Below, in pieces: positions 9,458 through 19,510 of a stretch of 64,000 bases of DNA. Every line of letters starts with the position of its first letter. The stretch's first letter is position 1. Below the pieces are notes generated by a model, which saw only the letters and a program-made list of their open reading frames with translations, had not been told where the DNA came from and did not search any database. Origin of the DNA: an uncultured virus (IMG/VR IMGVR_UViG_3300037418_002777) (lineage: Duplodnaviria > Heunggongvirae > Uroviricota > Caudoviricetes); the IMG/VR virus record IMGVR_UViG_3300037418_002777; one strand, written 5' to 3'. The position numbers were made by a program, and so were the translations under genes.

Positions 9458-12406
9458 TTAATTTTTGAAAAGATCGACACCCAGGCGGGCCAGCTCCTCG
9501 ACGTCGAACGTGAACACGCCCGGCATCTCGAGCACTTGGCCGGTGCCCTTCTTGATGAATGCGCTGCTGTCCTGCACCGCGTGGGCGAACGCCTCGGCAC
9601 CGCCGAACAGCGGGTTGGTCTGGGCGCTGCGGCAGTAGATGCGGTAGCGGGTGTAGGCGACCCGGATCGCGACCTCCAGGCAGGTGCGCCCGCCATCCTG
9701 CACCAGCGCATATTCGTAGCCCTTGCGCACCGCCTCCGGCCGGTCCTTCTCGACCGTGTAGCTCATCGACGCGATCTCGCGCAGCACCTTGACGTATTCC
9801 GGCGTGGTGGCCGAGTGCAAGTCCGACAGGCGGGCGTAGACGCCGTCCTCCAGCTCTTGCAGGCGCTCGTCCAGGTCAGGCCCGACCGCAGCGCTGACCA
9901 GCCGGCGGAACTGGCGCAGGCCGAACATCGCCACCGAGTGGTTGAACACCGGGCGCTCCTTGGTGTTCTGGCGCTCGACCAGCTCGTCCTCCGACAGCCC
10001 GGCCGCCAAGTGTTCCTCGGACAGCATGAAGCGCTTGCGGGCGTCGTTGTAGATCGCGTCGAACTCGGCGCGGAAGCTGTCGGCGGTGCTGTCGTTGAGC
10101 ACCTGCAGGATCAGGTACTGGCCGAGGATGCCGAGCAGCTGGTGGTTGCGCTGGAATGCCTGGAAGCGCGCGTAGTTGGCCACGTTCTGCGACTGCGGCG
10201 GGCGCGCCAGGGTGACCAGCACCACGCGCTCCATCACCGCCGCCTCCTCCTCGGCCGCCTCGGCGATGAAGCACAGCGGCGCGGCCAGCTGCGAGAACTG
10301 CAGCACACGGTAGTCGTCGGCCTCGCGGGTGCCGCCGCCGCGCACCATGTCGCGCTGGTTGTAGACGTCGCGGAACAGCGCCTTCAGCGAGTCGTGGCGG
10401 TCCTTGCGCATCTCGTGCGGCTTGTACTCGTCGAGGATCAGCGGGATCGAGCTGGACGCGGTCAGGTGCTGGACGATGCCGAAGTTGGTCGAGCCTGGCG
10501 ACAGCGGGCGCGCCTCGTTCTGCCAGTAGAACAGCGAGCTGATCGCGATGTTCAGCTCGGTCTTGCCAAGGCCGGCCGGGCCGTTCACGTGCAGCAGCGG
10601 GAACTTGCCGTAGCCCTTCTGGAACAGCTGCTTCCAGAAGCAGGCGGTGTACCAGCCAAGCAGCTTGCCCAGCACCTCGGGGCGCTGGCAGGCCAGCAGG
10701 TTGCGCAGGGTTTCGAGCAGCTGCTCGCGGTGTCCCGGCTCCTTCAGCCAGGCGGTCAGCGCCGGGGCCTTGGCGATGTCGGTGCGGAACACGCCGCGCG
10801 GGTCCGGGTAGCCAGCGTACTTGAGCGAGACACCGGTGGCCAAGGCCTCCGGCTCGGCCAGCACGTTGTGGCTGTCGGCCCAGACCATGAACGGCGCTTG
10901 CAGCCGGTCCTTGTCGTGGCCGGGGATGTGCACGATGTCCAGGCCCTCGCGGTTGACCACGTAGCTGACCTTCTCGTTCTTCTTCGACTGCTCCACAAAA
11001 CGCATCATGACTGTCCTTACCTGGGCATCGGTCCCCTGGAACGCGTGCCCGAATCTGCTGGCGAAACGATTGAACGGCACCAGCCCGGAAAACACATCCA
11101 GCTCCAGCGTCTGGGTGTTGACCTTCGCGCCGTTGACCAGCACATCGCTGTCGTAGCCGATGATCTGGTTTTCCGCGCATGACTTGAGTACCGTCGGATT
11201 GGCGAACGACAGCGCGCAGATGCGCTTCTTGCCGAACTCGGTGTCCATGTAGATGCCCTGCTTGAGCAGGGCGATGCCCTTGGCGACGTCGGCATACTCG
11301 TCCGGCGGCTTGACCTCGGTGCCCTCCTCGACCGCGGCCTGCTCGGTGGCCGCCTCGGCGATCGCCGCCTGCACCTCCTCCTTCGAGGTGGCGATGCCGT
11401 CCAGGTCCAGCGCCGAGTGGGTCAGCAGGTTCTTGATGGCACCGACCGAAAACTCATAGCAGGGGTTGCCGGACACGTAGCGGAACATGCGCGCCAGCTC
11501 CTCGCGCCGCTTGGCCTCGGTGTTGTAGCGGCTGCCGTCGCTCTGGTGCGTCTTGATCAGCCCGTCGCACTCGACCACCAGCCGCTCCTCCGACCAGCCA
11601 GCGGTGACCGCGGCGATCGACAGCTGCATCGCCAGGTCGTGGAAGCCGACGCCCTCCTTGATGCCCAGGCCGGCCATCATCCACAGCACCGACGGCGCGC
11701 TGGCCTTCTCGCGCAGCAGCGGATCGGGCTTGAACTTGGCGCGCTTCTTGAGCAGCTCCTCGACTTTCTGCGCGCACAGCGCGAACTCGATCGACAGCTT
11801 GACGCACAGCTCGGGCGGCTTCGGCTCGATCAGCGGGCGCGGTTCGGCAGTCAGCACGCGGTTGACTTCGGGCGTCATCTCGCGCATCTCGGCCACCGAG
11901 ATCGGCACCTTGTAGCGGCCGTTCGAACGCTTGACGTTGGGCTCGCGCCACATGCGCCCGCGCCCGGTCGAGTACACCCGCAGGTCCAAGGTGTCGACCA
12001 TCAGCTTCAGGGCCAGCTCCTTGTACACCACTGGCAGGCCGATGTAGCCGTTCTTCGGGATCTTCTCCATGAAGACGGCCTGCGGCACCTCCAGGTGGTA
12101 GCCCTTCTGGCCGGTCGCGTACAGGCGGCACATCTCCAGGTCGACGCCATAGCCTTCCAGCTTGTCGAGGAAGGCGTTGACCTTCTCGATCACCAGCGCC
12201 TCGTCCTGCGAGTCCCAGTCGGCGTAGAACGGCCCCTCGTAGGCCAGCTTGAGCTTGTCCTCGTAGGCCAGCTCGGACACCAGCTTGGACACCGCCAGCG
12301 CGGTGACGAACATCGGTCGGCGCTGCTCGCGGATCCGCCCAAGCTGGGACACCGGCACCGCTTCCCACTTTTCTTCGTCGCCTTCGATTTGGTAGTAGTG
12401 GTACAT
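9458..12406 (-). CDS. AEP-type primase fused to P-loop ATPase/helicase
   Basis: N-terminal FYADWD, TGQKGYHL, DLRVY...RMWREPN (AEP motifs); C-terminal GPAGLGKT and LILDE (Walker A/B). Confidence 0.8.
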   Translation of the reverse strand: MYHYYQIEGDEEKWEAVPVSQLGRIREQRRPMFVTALAVSKLVSELAYEDKLKLAYEGPFYADWDSQDEALVIEKVNAFLDKLEGYGVDLEMCRLYATGQKGYHLEVPQAVFMEKIPKNGYIGLPVVYKELALKLMVDTLDLRVYSTGRGRMWREPNVKRSNGRYKVPISVAEMREMTPEVNRVLTAEPRPLIEPKPPELCVKLSIEFALCAQKVEELLKKRAKFKPDPLLREKASAPSVLWMMAGLGIKEGVGFHDLAMQLSIAAVTAGWSEERLVVECDGLIKTHQSDGSRYNTEAKRREELARMFRYVSGNPCYEFSVGAIKNLLTHSALDLDGIATSKEEVQAAIAEAATEQAAVEEGTEVKPPDEYADVAKGIALLKQGIYMDTEFGKKRICALSFANPTVLKSCAENQIIGYDSDVLVNGAKVNTQTLELDVFSGLVPFNRFASRFGHAFQGTDAQVRTVMMRFVEQSKKNEKVSYVVNREGLDIVHIPGHDKDRLQAPFMVWADSHNVLAEPEALATGVSLKYAGYPDPRGVFRTDIAKAPALTAWLKEPGHREQLLETLRNLLACQRPEVLGKLLGWYTACFWKQLFQKGYGKFPLLHVNGPAGLGKTELNIAISSLFYWQNEARPLSPGSTNFGIVQHLTASSSIPLILDEYKPHEMRKDRHDSLKALFRDVYNQRDMVRGGGTREADDYRVLQFSQLAAPLCFIAEAAEEEAAVMERVVLVTLARPPQSQNVANYARFQAFQRNHQLLGILGQYLILQVLNDSTADSFRAEFDAIYNDARKRFMLSEEHLAAGLSEDELVERQNTKERPVFNHSVAMFGLRQFRRLVSAAVGPDLDERLQELEDGVYARLSDLHSATTPEYVKVLREIASMSYTVEKDRPEAVRKGYEYALVQDGGRTCLEVAIRVAYTRYRIYCRSAQTNPLFGGAEAFAHAVQDSSAFIKKGTGQVLEMPGVFTFDVEELARLGVDLFKN

Positions 12407-12413
12407 GCAGTCC

Positions 12414-12902
12414 TCAGAAGATGCCAGGCCAGGTGTCGTTGAACTCCTTCATGGGCGACAGGTAAGTGTGCCCTTCCACCGGCTGGTCGGAGCGTGAGCG
12501 CGTTTTCAGGCACAGGGCAAGGGTCAGGTGCCAGGGGCCGTCGGGCGTCTCGAACTGGCGCGGCACGAAACGCACTTCCGAGAACGCGGGCGTCCACAGG
12601 AACACGCCGGGCAGGTGTTGGCGCGGCTCGGCGTTGATGGTGTAGTGGGCACCGTCGCTGTCGGTCAGTTCGATCATGACGCCCTGGCGGAACGATAGGC
12701 CGACGCCGGTCACCTGCAACACCTTGCCCAGCTGCGGGCCGGCGGCGGTGTAGGTCCACAGCACTAGGGTGCTGTGTTCGGTGACGAACAGCAGGCGGGA
12801 GGACTTGCTCAGACCCCAGTCGATGGAGTTGGCCATCTTCTGGTCGTTCCAGCCGCGCTGGAGCGCGAGCCGGTCGCTTGGGGGCGGTGCGTTATTGTTC
12901 AT
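12414..12902 (-). CDS. hypothetical protein
   Basis: 162 aa ORF in replication operon. Confidence 0.6.
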   Translation of the reverse strand: MNNNAPPPSDRLALQRGWNDQKMANSIDWGLSKSSRLLFVTEHSTLVLWTYTAAGPQLGKVLQVTGVGLSFRQGVMIELTDSDGAHYTINAEPRQHLPGVFLWTPAFSEVRFVPRQFETPDGPWHLTLALCLKTRSRSDQPVEGHTYLSPMKEFNDTWPGIF

Positions 12903-12956
12903 TTATTATTACTCGCTGAAAGGATACTGCTCGGAGGAAAGATTCTACTCCGAGAG

Positions 12957-14405
12957 TTACTGCGGGAAAATCAAATCTTTGATGCCTTGCTTGGAGCCGG
13001 AGGCCTGCCTGACCAGCTCGTCATTGCTGATCAGATTGCGCAGCAGCTGCTCCTGGATCGTGCCGCGCGCGATGAACAGCCGGATGTTGGGGTTGAAGCG
13101 CTGCCCTTCGCGGTCGATCCGGCCGGACGACTGCACGAACGGAATCGTCGTGGTCGGCAGCTGGATGTAGGCGCACTCCCAGCACAGGTACTGCGGGTTC
13201 AGGCCGGCGCCGGCCGAGCCCGGCTGGGCGGTCAGGTTGACCGTCAGCGGGTCCTCCATGAACGCCTTGATCGACTTGTTCGAGTCGACCTCGGAGAACG
13301 CCGCCACCGCGCGCCGGCCAGTCCGGGCAAGTCGGGCCTCCATGTGGGCGTGCACCAGGCGCGACACGCTGCGGTGCGTCGTCCACAGGATCAGCTTGCT
13401 GCGCGGCGTCGCCAGCACGTCGTCGACGTCCTCGCCCAGGCCGATCTCGTCGGCGATGTCGTCGATCAGGTCGAACACCGTCGACCGCTTCTTCACATCG
13501 CCAGCGAAGTAGCCGTAGTCGATCACGATCTGCTGGGCGGCGTGGTACAGCCGGGTGGCGGTGGTGGCGTCGATCTTGCCGCCGTCGTCCAGCAGCAGCA
13601 GCTGCTCCTCCATCAGGCGCCGGTATAGCGCCATGTGCTCGGGTGCCAGGTCGTAGTAGATCGGGATCACGTTCGCCTTCGGCAGGTGGGCGTGCACCTC
13701 CTCCTTGGTGCGGTGGATCCGGCGCAGGTTGAAGTTCTGCTGCAGCAGGTCGAGGTTGTGCCACTCAAGGATTTTTGATTTGAAGAGGGGATGGCGCTCT
13801 TTGACGTGGATGTTCTCGAACTGGTAGTAGGTGCCGTACACGTCCGGCGTGTTCAGCTTGACGTAGGCGTAATGGTCGCCCACCTTGCTCGCCGCGGTGC
13901 CGGTGGCCAGCATCAGGTCGCGCCCCATCGCGAAGTCGCGCACGTTCTTGAACAGCACGCCGCGGCCCTTCAGGTTCTGCGCCTCGTCGACCGCCAGCAG
14001 CACCTCGGCCTTCGCGCACAGCTTACGCAGGAATGCGATGTCGTTGTTGAACACCTGGTACGACATCACCAGCCAGTCGGCCTCGCCCAGCGGCAGCTGC
14101 TTGCGCTTGCCCGGACCGCCAGCGTAGGCGACAGCCAGGCCGGCACCGGGAATGCTGTTCAACCACTTGACCCATTGCGGGATCAGGATCGGCGGCACCA
14201 GCACGATCGTCAGCTGCGGCTCGAGCATCAGCGAGATGCAGGTCAGGATCAGCGTCTTGCCGTAGCCGACCGGCAGGTCGAGCAGCGCGCGGCGCCACTC
14301 GACCGCCCGCTGGATGTCCTCGACCTGCATCGGCTTGGGCGTCATCGTGCCACCCAGCGGGTGCGGCAGCGGGTGGGCGGCCAGCACTTCCTCGAGGCTA
14401 CGCAT
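12957..14405 (-). CDS. SF2 (SNF2-like) helicase
   Basis: LPVGYGKT, VDEAQ, ATGT, AGAGLN, QSSGRIDR. Confidence 0.9.
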   Translation of the reverse strand: MRSLEEVLAAHPLPHPLGGTMTPKPMQVEDIQRAVEWRRALLDLPVGYGKTLILTCISLMLEPQLTIVLVPPILIPQWVKWLNSIPGAGLAVAYAGGPGKRKQLPLGEADWLVMSYQVFNNDIAFLRKLCAKAEVLLAVDEAQNLKGRGVLFKNVRDFAMGRDLMLATGTAASKVGDHYAYVKLNTPDVYGTYYQFENIHVKERHPLFKSKILEWHNLDLLQQNFNLRRIHRTKEEVHAHLPKANVIPIYYDLAPEHMALYRRLMEEQLLLLDDGGKIDATTATRLYHAAQQIVIDYGYFAGDVKKRSTVFDLIDDIADEIGLGEDVDDVLATPRSKLILWTTHRSVSRLVHAHMEARLARTGRRAVAAFSEVDSNKSIKAFMEDPLTVNLTAQPGSAGAGLNPQYLCWECAYIQLPTTTIPFVQSSGRIDREGQRFNPNIRLFIARGTIQEQLLRNLISNDELVRQASGSKQGIKDLIFPQ

Positions 14406-14652
14406 GCCAGTGCTCCAGGGCGAAACGGACAGCACGCGTCAGCAGCGGCGGGCGGGGCAGGGCTTTCGGTGCAGTCGACAGGTACTGCAACCAGGCACGC
14501 TGCAAAGTACGCTTGCCTGCCTGCCGAGCGCTTACGTAGTGCTCAAACAGCCTGGGGTCCGCGAACGTCATCGTCAACGAGCCTGACACGGTGAAAGGCT
14601 GCATGGTCGACTTTCCGATAGCCGCTGGCTTGTGGATCGTGATTTCACGCAT
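14398..14652 (-). CDS. hypothetical protein
   Basis: MREITIHKP...; overlaps neighbours; GGAGG RBS. Confidence 0.5.
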   Translation of the reverse strand: MREITIHKPAAIGKSTMQPFTVSGSLTMTFADPRLFEHYVSARQAGKRTLQRAWLQYLSTAPKALPRPPLLTRAVRFALEHWHA

Positions 14653-15055
14653 CGCGCAGCCTCCGCAGCGCCAGCAGGCGCAGCACCGGATACGCACCCT
14701 CCAGCTCGTTACCGGCGATGCGTGCCTCCGGCAGCAGCCGGCTGAACTCGGCCAGGGTGCGCAGGGCAGCCACGTCCAGCAGCGGCACGCCGTTCAGCTT
14801 CGAACGGCTGGCCTGGGCCAGCACCAGAACAGCCAGCAGGTTGTCGGTCACGTTGTACTGGCGCGGCGGTGCCGGCATGTCCAGCGCCAGCCACAGCAGG
14901 TTGGCCAGGCCCGGGTTGTCGGCGTAGATGTGCGCCAGCCCCTGCACCATGCCGTCCGGCCGGCGCCAAGCCCAGCTGGCCGGGTCCGGCATCCACAGCT
15001 GGCCAAGCCGGGTGCACATGGCGCGCACCTTGGCCAGGTCAGGATCGGTCACCAT
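14645..15055 (-). CDS. hypothetical protein
   Basis: 136 aa, AAAGGAG RBS. Confidence 0.6.
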   Translation of the reverse strand: MVTDPDLAKVRAMCTRLGQLWMPDPASWAWRRPDGMVQGLAHIYADNPGLANLLWLALDMPAPPRQYNVTDNLLAVLVLAQASRSKLNGVPLLDVAALRTLAEFSRLLPEARIAGNELEGAYPVLRLLALRRLRDA

Positions 15056-16085
15056 TCAGGCTCCTTTCGATTTGGTAGAAGGCTTCGATGAACGCTTTCG
15101 CGGCGTAGACATTGACAGCGTTGCCATAGCCGCGCAGCGCTCCCACACGGCCGGGAACCCCATCAGCCAGCGGGGATGCGCCGGGCTCAACTGCCCGCCA
15201 CTTCTCGTCCCGGCAGAACAGCCAGTCAGCATCTGCCCAGAAGCCGTTAACCGGGCCGGGCCGTCCGTCGCCGTCCAGCTGGCGGTCGTCGGCAGGTCCG
15301 TACCCTTGAGCGAGGTGTCCGCTTCCAGGTGCGCGCCCTTCTGCGCGTCCGCCGAGCGCGGCGTCGGCCAGCCCGCCAGATGCACGACCTGGTTGTTCAG
15401 CTGCTCGCCCTTCTTCCCGCCACCCCGCTCCGACCAGGGCTTCGCGTTCGCGAAGCGATAGTCCCGCGCGGTCGGCGTCGCCCATCCGGTCAAGGATGCC
15501 GCGATCGGCAAATCCACGCCGTAGCCCGGCCGAGGCCGCGCCCGGCCCGCCGTCGCGTCCGTATCGTGCGGTGCCGGGCAGGTCGGAGTCGGCCACCCAG
15601 TAAGTGCGGTCTCGCAGGTGCGGCGCACCGATCCCCGCAGACGGGAACGCGACACACCCGAAGGCGTAACCCACCCCTTCCAGGTCAGCGTGTACAAGGT
15701 CGATCCAAGGGTCCGTGTTACGGCTCGCAGATTGCTCTCCAAAGACTTTTGGAGGGCGCTTGATGCGGATGAGGTGGTGGAAATGGGGCCATAGGTGCCG
15801 CTCGTCAGCAAACCCCGCTCCTTTGCCTGCCTCGGAGAAAGGCTGGCAAGGACAGCTGCCAGTCCAGACTCGAGCGCTGTCTGGCACACCTGCAAGTCGG
15901 AGAGCGAGGGACCAGCCGCCGATGCCGGCGAAGAAATGACATTGGGCGAATCCGGCAAGGTCTCCGGGTGTGACATCCTCGATGCTCCTTTCATCGACCA
16001 CGCCCGGCGCGATCAGGCCTTCGGCGATCAGCGCGCGCAGCCAGGCCGCGGCGTGTTTGTCGTATTCGTTGTAGTAAGCGGTCAT
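15039..16085 (-). CDS. DNA cytosine-5 methyltransferase, large (alpha-like) polypeptide
   Basis: FFAGIGG (I), GSCPCQPFS (IV), FGEQ (VI), [11 protein letters not shown] (VIII), LRGYGNAV (X); no motif IX in this frame. Confidence 0.9.
   Translation of the reverse strand: MTAYYNEYDKHAAAWLRALIAEGLIAPGVVDERSIEDVTPGDLAGFAQCHFFAGIGGWSLALRLAGVPDSARVWTGSCPCQPFSEAGKGAGFADERHLWPHFHHLIRIKRPPKVFGEQSASRNTDPWIDLVHADLEGVGYAFGCVAFPSAGIGAPHLRDRTYWVADSDLPGTARYGRDGGPGAASAGLRRGFADRGILDRMGDADRAGLSLREREALVGAGWREEGRAAEQPGRASGGLADAALGGRAEGRAPGSGHLAQGYGPADDRQLDGDGRPGPVNGFWADADWLFCRDEKWRAVEPGASPLADGVPGRVGALRGYGNAVNVYAAKAFIEAFYQIERSLNGDRS
15056..15976 (-). CDS. overlapping alternative-frame ORF: putative beta polypeptide of the C5 methyltransferase
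   Basis: Nested on the same strand in another frame; AAGGAG 8 nt before ATG 15976; three GW(P/A)TP repeats and motif IX-like [13 protein letters not shown]. Confidence 0.7.
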   Translation of the reverse strand: MSHPETLPDSPNVISSPASAAGPSLSDLQVCQTALESGLAAVLASLSPRQAKERGLLTSGTYGPISTTSSASSALQKSLESNLRAVTRTLGSTLYTLTWKGWVTPSGVSRSRLRGSVRRTCETALTGWPTPTCPAPHDTDATAGRARPRPGYGVDLPIAASLTGWATPTARDYRFANAKPWSERGGGKKGEQLNNQVVHLAGWPTPRSADAQKGAHLEADTSLKGTDLPTTASWTATDGPARLTASGQMLTGCSAGTRSGGQLSPAHPRWLMGFPAVWERCAAMATLSMSTPRKRSSKPSTKSKGA

Positions 16086-16930
16086 GCTTCGGCGGCCAGC
16101 GCATCGAACAGCCGGCCCAGCTCGCCGGTCATCAGCACGAAGTCGCTGTCGAAGCGGTCGACGTCCTTGGCCGCGTCAGCGGTCTCCTTGAGCACGTCGA
16201 GCGCCCTGATGCGGCGCAGCTGGGCGTTGTCGGTCATGACGAACGAGAGCTTCGCGTCGAAGGTCATCGCCAGCGCGGAGACCTGGGCACCGCCCTTCTG
16301 GATGTGCTGCAGCACGTCCTGCTCGCCCAGGTTGGCGCGGTCGAACTTGACCAGCTTGCCGCGCTCGCCCGGGTACTGCAGCACGACCTGGTCATCCACC
16401 GTGAAGCCTTCCGGCTCGGTGAACATGAACTCGGTGACCACCTTGGCGCGCGGCCAGGCCACGTCCTGCAGCCCGAGGTCGCCGAAGGCGCGCACCAGTG
16501 CCACCTGGACCGTGTCGACCACCGTGCTCGAGGCCGAGTCGATCACGATGCGTCCGGCCTTCGGGTCGAGCCAGACCCGCGTCGTGCTGCGGGTGGTCAG
16601 CGCACGCGGCAGCAGCTCGTCGGTCACCTGCTCCTTGAGCGCCTTCATCGCCTCCTTGCCGAGCGGGAAGCCCTGCTGCTCGGCCAGCTCGGCCGCCTTG
16701 GCGTCGGCCACCAGCTTGACCGCGGCGGCCGGCAGGATCTTCTTCTCGGTCGTGAAGTTAAACAGGAACTGGCCGTTGTTGGCGTAGCAATAGACGTCGT
16801 CGCGCACCGGCGACCAGCCGCTGCGCAGCAGCTCGACGCTGGAAGGCGGGGTGAACCTGTGCTCGTTGGGGATGATGGGCAGGAAACTCTTGGACGGCTT
16901 GAAGCCGACCACCGTTGCATTTTTGAACAT
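16082..16930 (-). CDS. rdgC: recombination-associated protein RdgC
   Basis: MFKNATV, RSGWSP, EKKILPAAAV, LLPRA, LSFVMT, FDSDFVLMTGEL. Confidence 0.9.
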   Translation of the reverse strand: MFKNATVVGFKPSKSFLPIIPNEHRFTPPSSVELLRSGWSPVRDDVYCYANNGQFLFNFTTEKKILPAAAVKLVADAKAAELAEQQGFPLGKEAMKALKEQVTDELLPRALTTRSTTRVWLDPKAGRIVIDSASSTVVDTVQVALVRAFGDLGLQDVAWPRAKVVTEFMFTEPEGFTVDDQVVLQYPGERGKLVKFDRANLGEQDVLQHIQKGGAQVSALAMTFDAKLSFVMTDNAQLRRIRALDVLKETADAAKDVDRFDSDFVLMTGELGRLFDALAAEA

Positions 16931-16968
16931 TATTATGGTCTCTTGGGTGGTGTAGGAATGGGACTACT

Positions 16969-16997
16969 AGGGTAGGCAAACTCTGCAGTTCTGTCAA
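16969..16997 (-). promoter_or_regulatory. sigma70-type promoter for the rdgC/replication operon
   Basis: Minus strand TTGACA-N17-TACCCT. Confidence 0.55.
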
Positions 16998-17030
16998 AGA
17001 AATTTTCTAGGCTGTAACTCCTTTATGGTA

Positions 17031-17081
17031 AGCAATGATTGTGCCAGCCCGGAAGCTTTACTTGCAGCAAGAAGCATGCCA
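17031..17081. promoter_or_regulatory. two copies of the sigma54-like GG-N10-GC motif
   Basis: Reverse complements TGGCACAATCATTGCT (17031-17046) and TGGCATGCTTCTTGCT (17066-17081). Confidence 0.55.
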
Positions 17082-17122
17082 GAATCCTTGCATCCTGACA
17101 AAACTTCCAACTGGAGCCAAGC

Positions 17123-17596
17123 ATGGCCGCAATGACCGACTTTCTCGAGAACAAGTACATTGACTGGTATTTCCGCGGCCAAGCGTTCGGCGTCAACGGT
17201 GCGAGCGCTGGCGCGGGCTCCGGCCCGACCGCGTTGTGGGTGGCCCTGATGACGACCGTCGATAACGATGGTCAGTCGGCCAAGGTCGAGGTAACGGGCG
17301 GCAGCTACGCGCGCGTCCAGATCACCTCGTCAATGGCGAACTGGGCCGGCACGCAAGGTGCCGGCACCACCACCGCCTCGACTGGCTCGTCGGGCACCAC
17401 CAGCAACAACAACGTGGTGACGTTCCCGACCCCGACCGGCGACTGGGGCCGGGTGACCGGCTACGAAATCTACGACGCGGCCACTGGCGGCAACGGCCAG
17501 TACTACACGACGCTGACCAACGCCAAGAACATCAACAACGGCGACCCGGCACCGACCTTCCCGGCCGGCACCCTGCAAGTTCAGGTAGACAACTAA
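17123..17596 (+). CDS. probable virion structural / minor tail protein
   Basis: Gly/Thr-rich; LWVALMT, EVTGGSYARV, FPTPTGDWG, PTFPAGTL recalled from phage minor tail proteins; GGAG RBS. Confidence 0.7.
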   Translation: MAAMTDFLENKYIDWYFRGQAFGVNGASAGAGSGPTALWVALMTTVDNDGQSAKVEVTGGSYARVQITSSMANWAGTQGAGTTTASTGSSGTTSNNNVVTFPTPTGDWGRVTGYEIYDAATGGNGQYYTTLTNAKNINNGDPAPTFPAGTLQVQVDN

Positions 17597-17599
17597 GCC

Positions 17600-18526
17600 A
17601 TGCTGGACTTCCTGTGCTGCTCGCATAACGGCGTCGGCGGGGCGTCCACGCTGACGCTGGCGGCGGCGCGCGGCTTCCCGCAGCCGACCGACGCGTTCGG
17701 GACCAGCGGCACCCTGCTGCTGCCGTACCAGATCGCCGAATACACCGACAGCACCCTGGCACAACTAGTCCGGGGGGAGGCAGGGGTTGGCTCCCTGAAC
17801 CTGGCCACCAACGTCCTGACCCGTCTGCAGGTGTTCCGCACCTGGGTCGCCGGCACCGGCTACACCCGCGGCGGCGCGAGCCCGCTCACCTTCGGCACCA
17901 ATGCGGCCAACATCGCCATCACGTTCGGCGGCGGTGCCAACATGCAGAAGGGAGCACTTGCCGGAACGCTGAACAACATTGGCGGCACCGGCAGCGACGT
18001 CTGGCAGCCGTTCAATACCCGCTGCACCTATGACGGCAACACCGGAACGATGGCGCTGTCGGCTGGCCAGCGGCTGTACAGCCCGTTCGAGTACGTGGGG
18101 GGCAAGCCGATGACCCAGGTTGCCGTCGACGTCGCCACCGCCGGTGCCGCTGGCAGCCTGCTGCGCATGGGGGTCATGGACATCGACCCGGGCGGCGGTG
18201 GCGCGCTGAACCTGCTGATCGAGTTCACCTCCAGTGCGCAGATCGACGTAACCGCGACCGGCTTTCGGGCGGTGACGCTGGCGACGCCGTGGTGGATGCC
18301 GCCCGGCTTCTACTATCTGGTGTTGCAGCCGAACGCCGCCGTGACCTTGCGCCGGATGACGCACTTCGGTCATGGGCTGCTCAGCACGGCCTCGGGCGGC
18401 GGGCGTGACATCCTAATGTTCGACAAGTCGACCACTTACGGTCCGCTGCCGGCGACCGGCGATACGGCACCGTCGGGCGGCTACTCGCGCAGCAGTGGTG
18501 GCCAAGTCATGGGGCTGTTCAAATGA
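17600..18526 (+). CDS. probable tail fibre / receptor-binding protein
   Basis: 308 aa, Gly/Thr-rich, followed by a chaperone-like gene. Confidence 0.55.
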   Translation: MLDFLCCSHNGVGGASTLTLAAARGFPQPTDAFGTSGTLLLPYQIAEYTDSTLAQLVRGEAGVGSLNLATNVLTRLQVFRTWVAGTGYTRGGASPLTFGTNAANIAITFGGGANMQKGALAGTLNNIGGTGSDVWQPFNTRCTYDGNTGTMALSAGQRLYSPFEYVGGKPMTQVAVDVATAGAAGSLLRMGVMDIDPGGGGALNLLIEFTSSAQIDVTATGFRAVTLATPWWMPPGFYYLVLQPNAAVTLRRMTHFGHGLLSTASGGGRDILMFDKSTTYGPLPATGDTAPSGGYSRSSGGQVMGLFK

Positions 18527-19065
18527 GCATCTACGAGAACGAAGACTGTCGTATCACCCTGCCGAACGGCTACCTGCCCGGCCTGTACGAGGGGTTGTGG
18601 GCGCGTGGCATCCGAACCGAGGGCGGCGTCTCCGGCGAATTCGCCAGCGACCCGGCTGCGGCGCAGGCATTCATCGACACCTATACCGAGGCCGACGCGC
18701 TGGCCTATGCGAAGACGTCCCGCTGCGCCGAGGTGCTGGGGCATGCCAAGAAGCTGCGTGACCAGGTGGTCGCGCCGGTCAGTGCCGGCGAGATGGCCAG
18801 CTGGCCGATCAAGCGTGCCGAAGCGCTGCGTTACGCGACCGAGGGCGACGCCGGCACCTATCCGCTGCTGTCCCAGGAAGCTGCGGCCCGCGGCATCTCG
18901 CTGGCGGCGCTGGTCGCCAAGGTCGACGGCAACGCCGCATACTTCGCCGGTATGGAAGCAGCCATCGGCGGCAATGATGGCCGCCACCGCGACGCCATCA
19001 TGGCGCTGGAGACAATTGCTGACGTCCTTGCTTACGACTTCAGCACCGGCTGGCCGACCGTATAA
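18523..19065 (+). CDS. tail fibre assembly-like protein
   Basis: EMASWPIKRAEA, PLLSQEAAARG...LVAKV, terminal YDFSTGWP. Confidence 0.65.
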   Translation: MSIYENEDCRITLPNGYLPGLYEGLWARGIRTEGGVSGEFASDPAAAQAFIDTYTEADALAYAKTSRCAEVLGHAKKLRDQVVAPVSAGEMASWPIKRAEALRYATEGDAGTYPLLSQEAAARGISLAALVAKVDGNAAYFAGMEAAIGGNDGRHRDAIMALETIADVLAYDFSTGWPTV

Positions 19066-19138
19066 GCATCTGGCCAGTGCGCTTCAGGGGCCGGCTGGCC
19101 AGAACAACCTGGCCCCACCAACCTACGAAGGGAACAAC

Positions 19139-19504
19139 ATGAAAAAGCTTTTCGTCGCACTTACGCTGTTCGCGGCCGCCGCGCTGGCGTCCGCATTCGA
19201 CTTCGGCACCCCGGTCGCACGCACGCTGAGCCTGGCCACCTCGTATCAGGCCACCGACACGACCAAGGCGTCGATCATCATAATGGCGCCGCAGTGCACC
19301 TGGGACCAGTGCAACCTCGAGGTGCGCGTCGGCACCGGCACGCTTGACTGCACCAGCGGCACCGCGGCCGGGCAGTGGATGCTGGCATGGCCACGCTACT
19401 TCGGGGCCAGCTTCTATGTGCCGGTCGGGGCCTCGTTCATCCTGTGCTCGTCGGCCGGCGAGTACACGCTGCCGATTCCCGCCACCGAGCAAAGCGCCGG
19501 ATAA
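19139..19504 (+). CDS. exported protein with Sec signal peptide
   Basis: MKKLFVALTLFAAAALASA|FDF; GAAGGGAA RBS; four Cys. Confidence 0.65.
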   Translation: MKKLFVALTLFAAAALASAFDFGTPVARTLSLATSYQATDTTKASIIIMAPQCTWDQCNLEVRVGTGTLDCTSGTAAGQWMLAWPRYFGASFYVPVGASFILCSSAGEYTLPIPATEQSAG

Positions 19505-19510
19505 CCGTAG

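Noticed and set aside
2025..14594. Long plus-strand ORFs (e.g. 3093-4898, 9422-11182, 11417-12442)
   Set aside because: Antisense shadows of real genes, expected at high GC3; no motifs or RBS.
15039..16085. Frameshifted pseudogene explanation for the methyltransferase
   Set aside because: Both frames are open over the whole overlap, and motif X lies in the first frame downstream of the second frame's motif IX, so a single frameshift cannot produce this.
16994..17182. 62-aa minus-strand ORF
   Set aside because: It overlaps the promoter motifs and the start of the plus-strand gene, with atypical codon usage.
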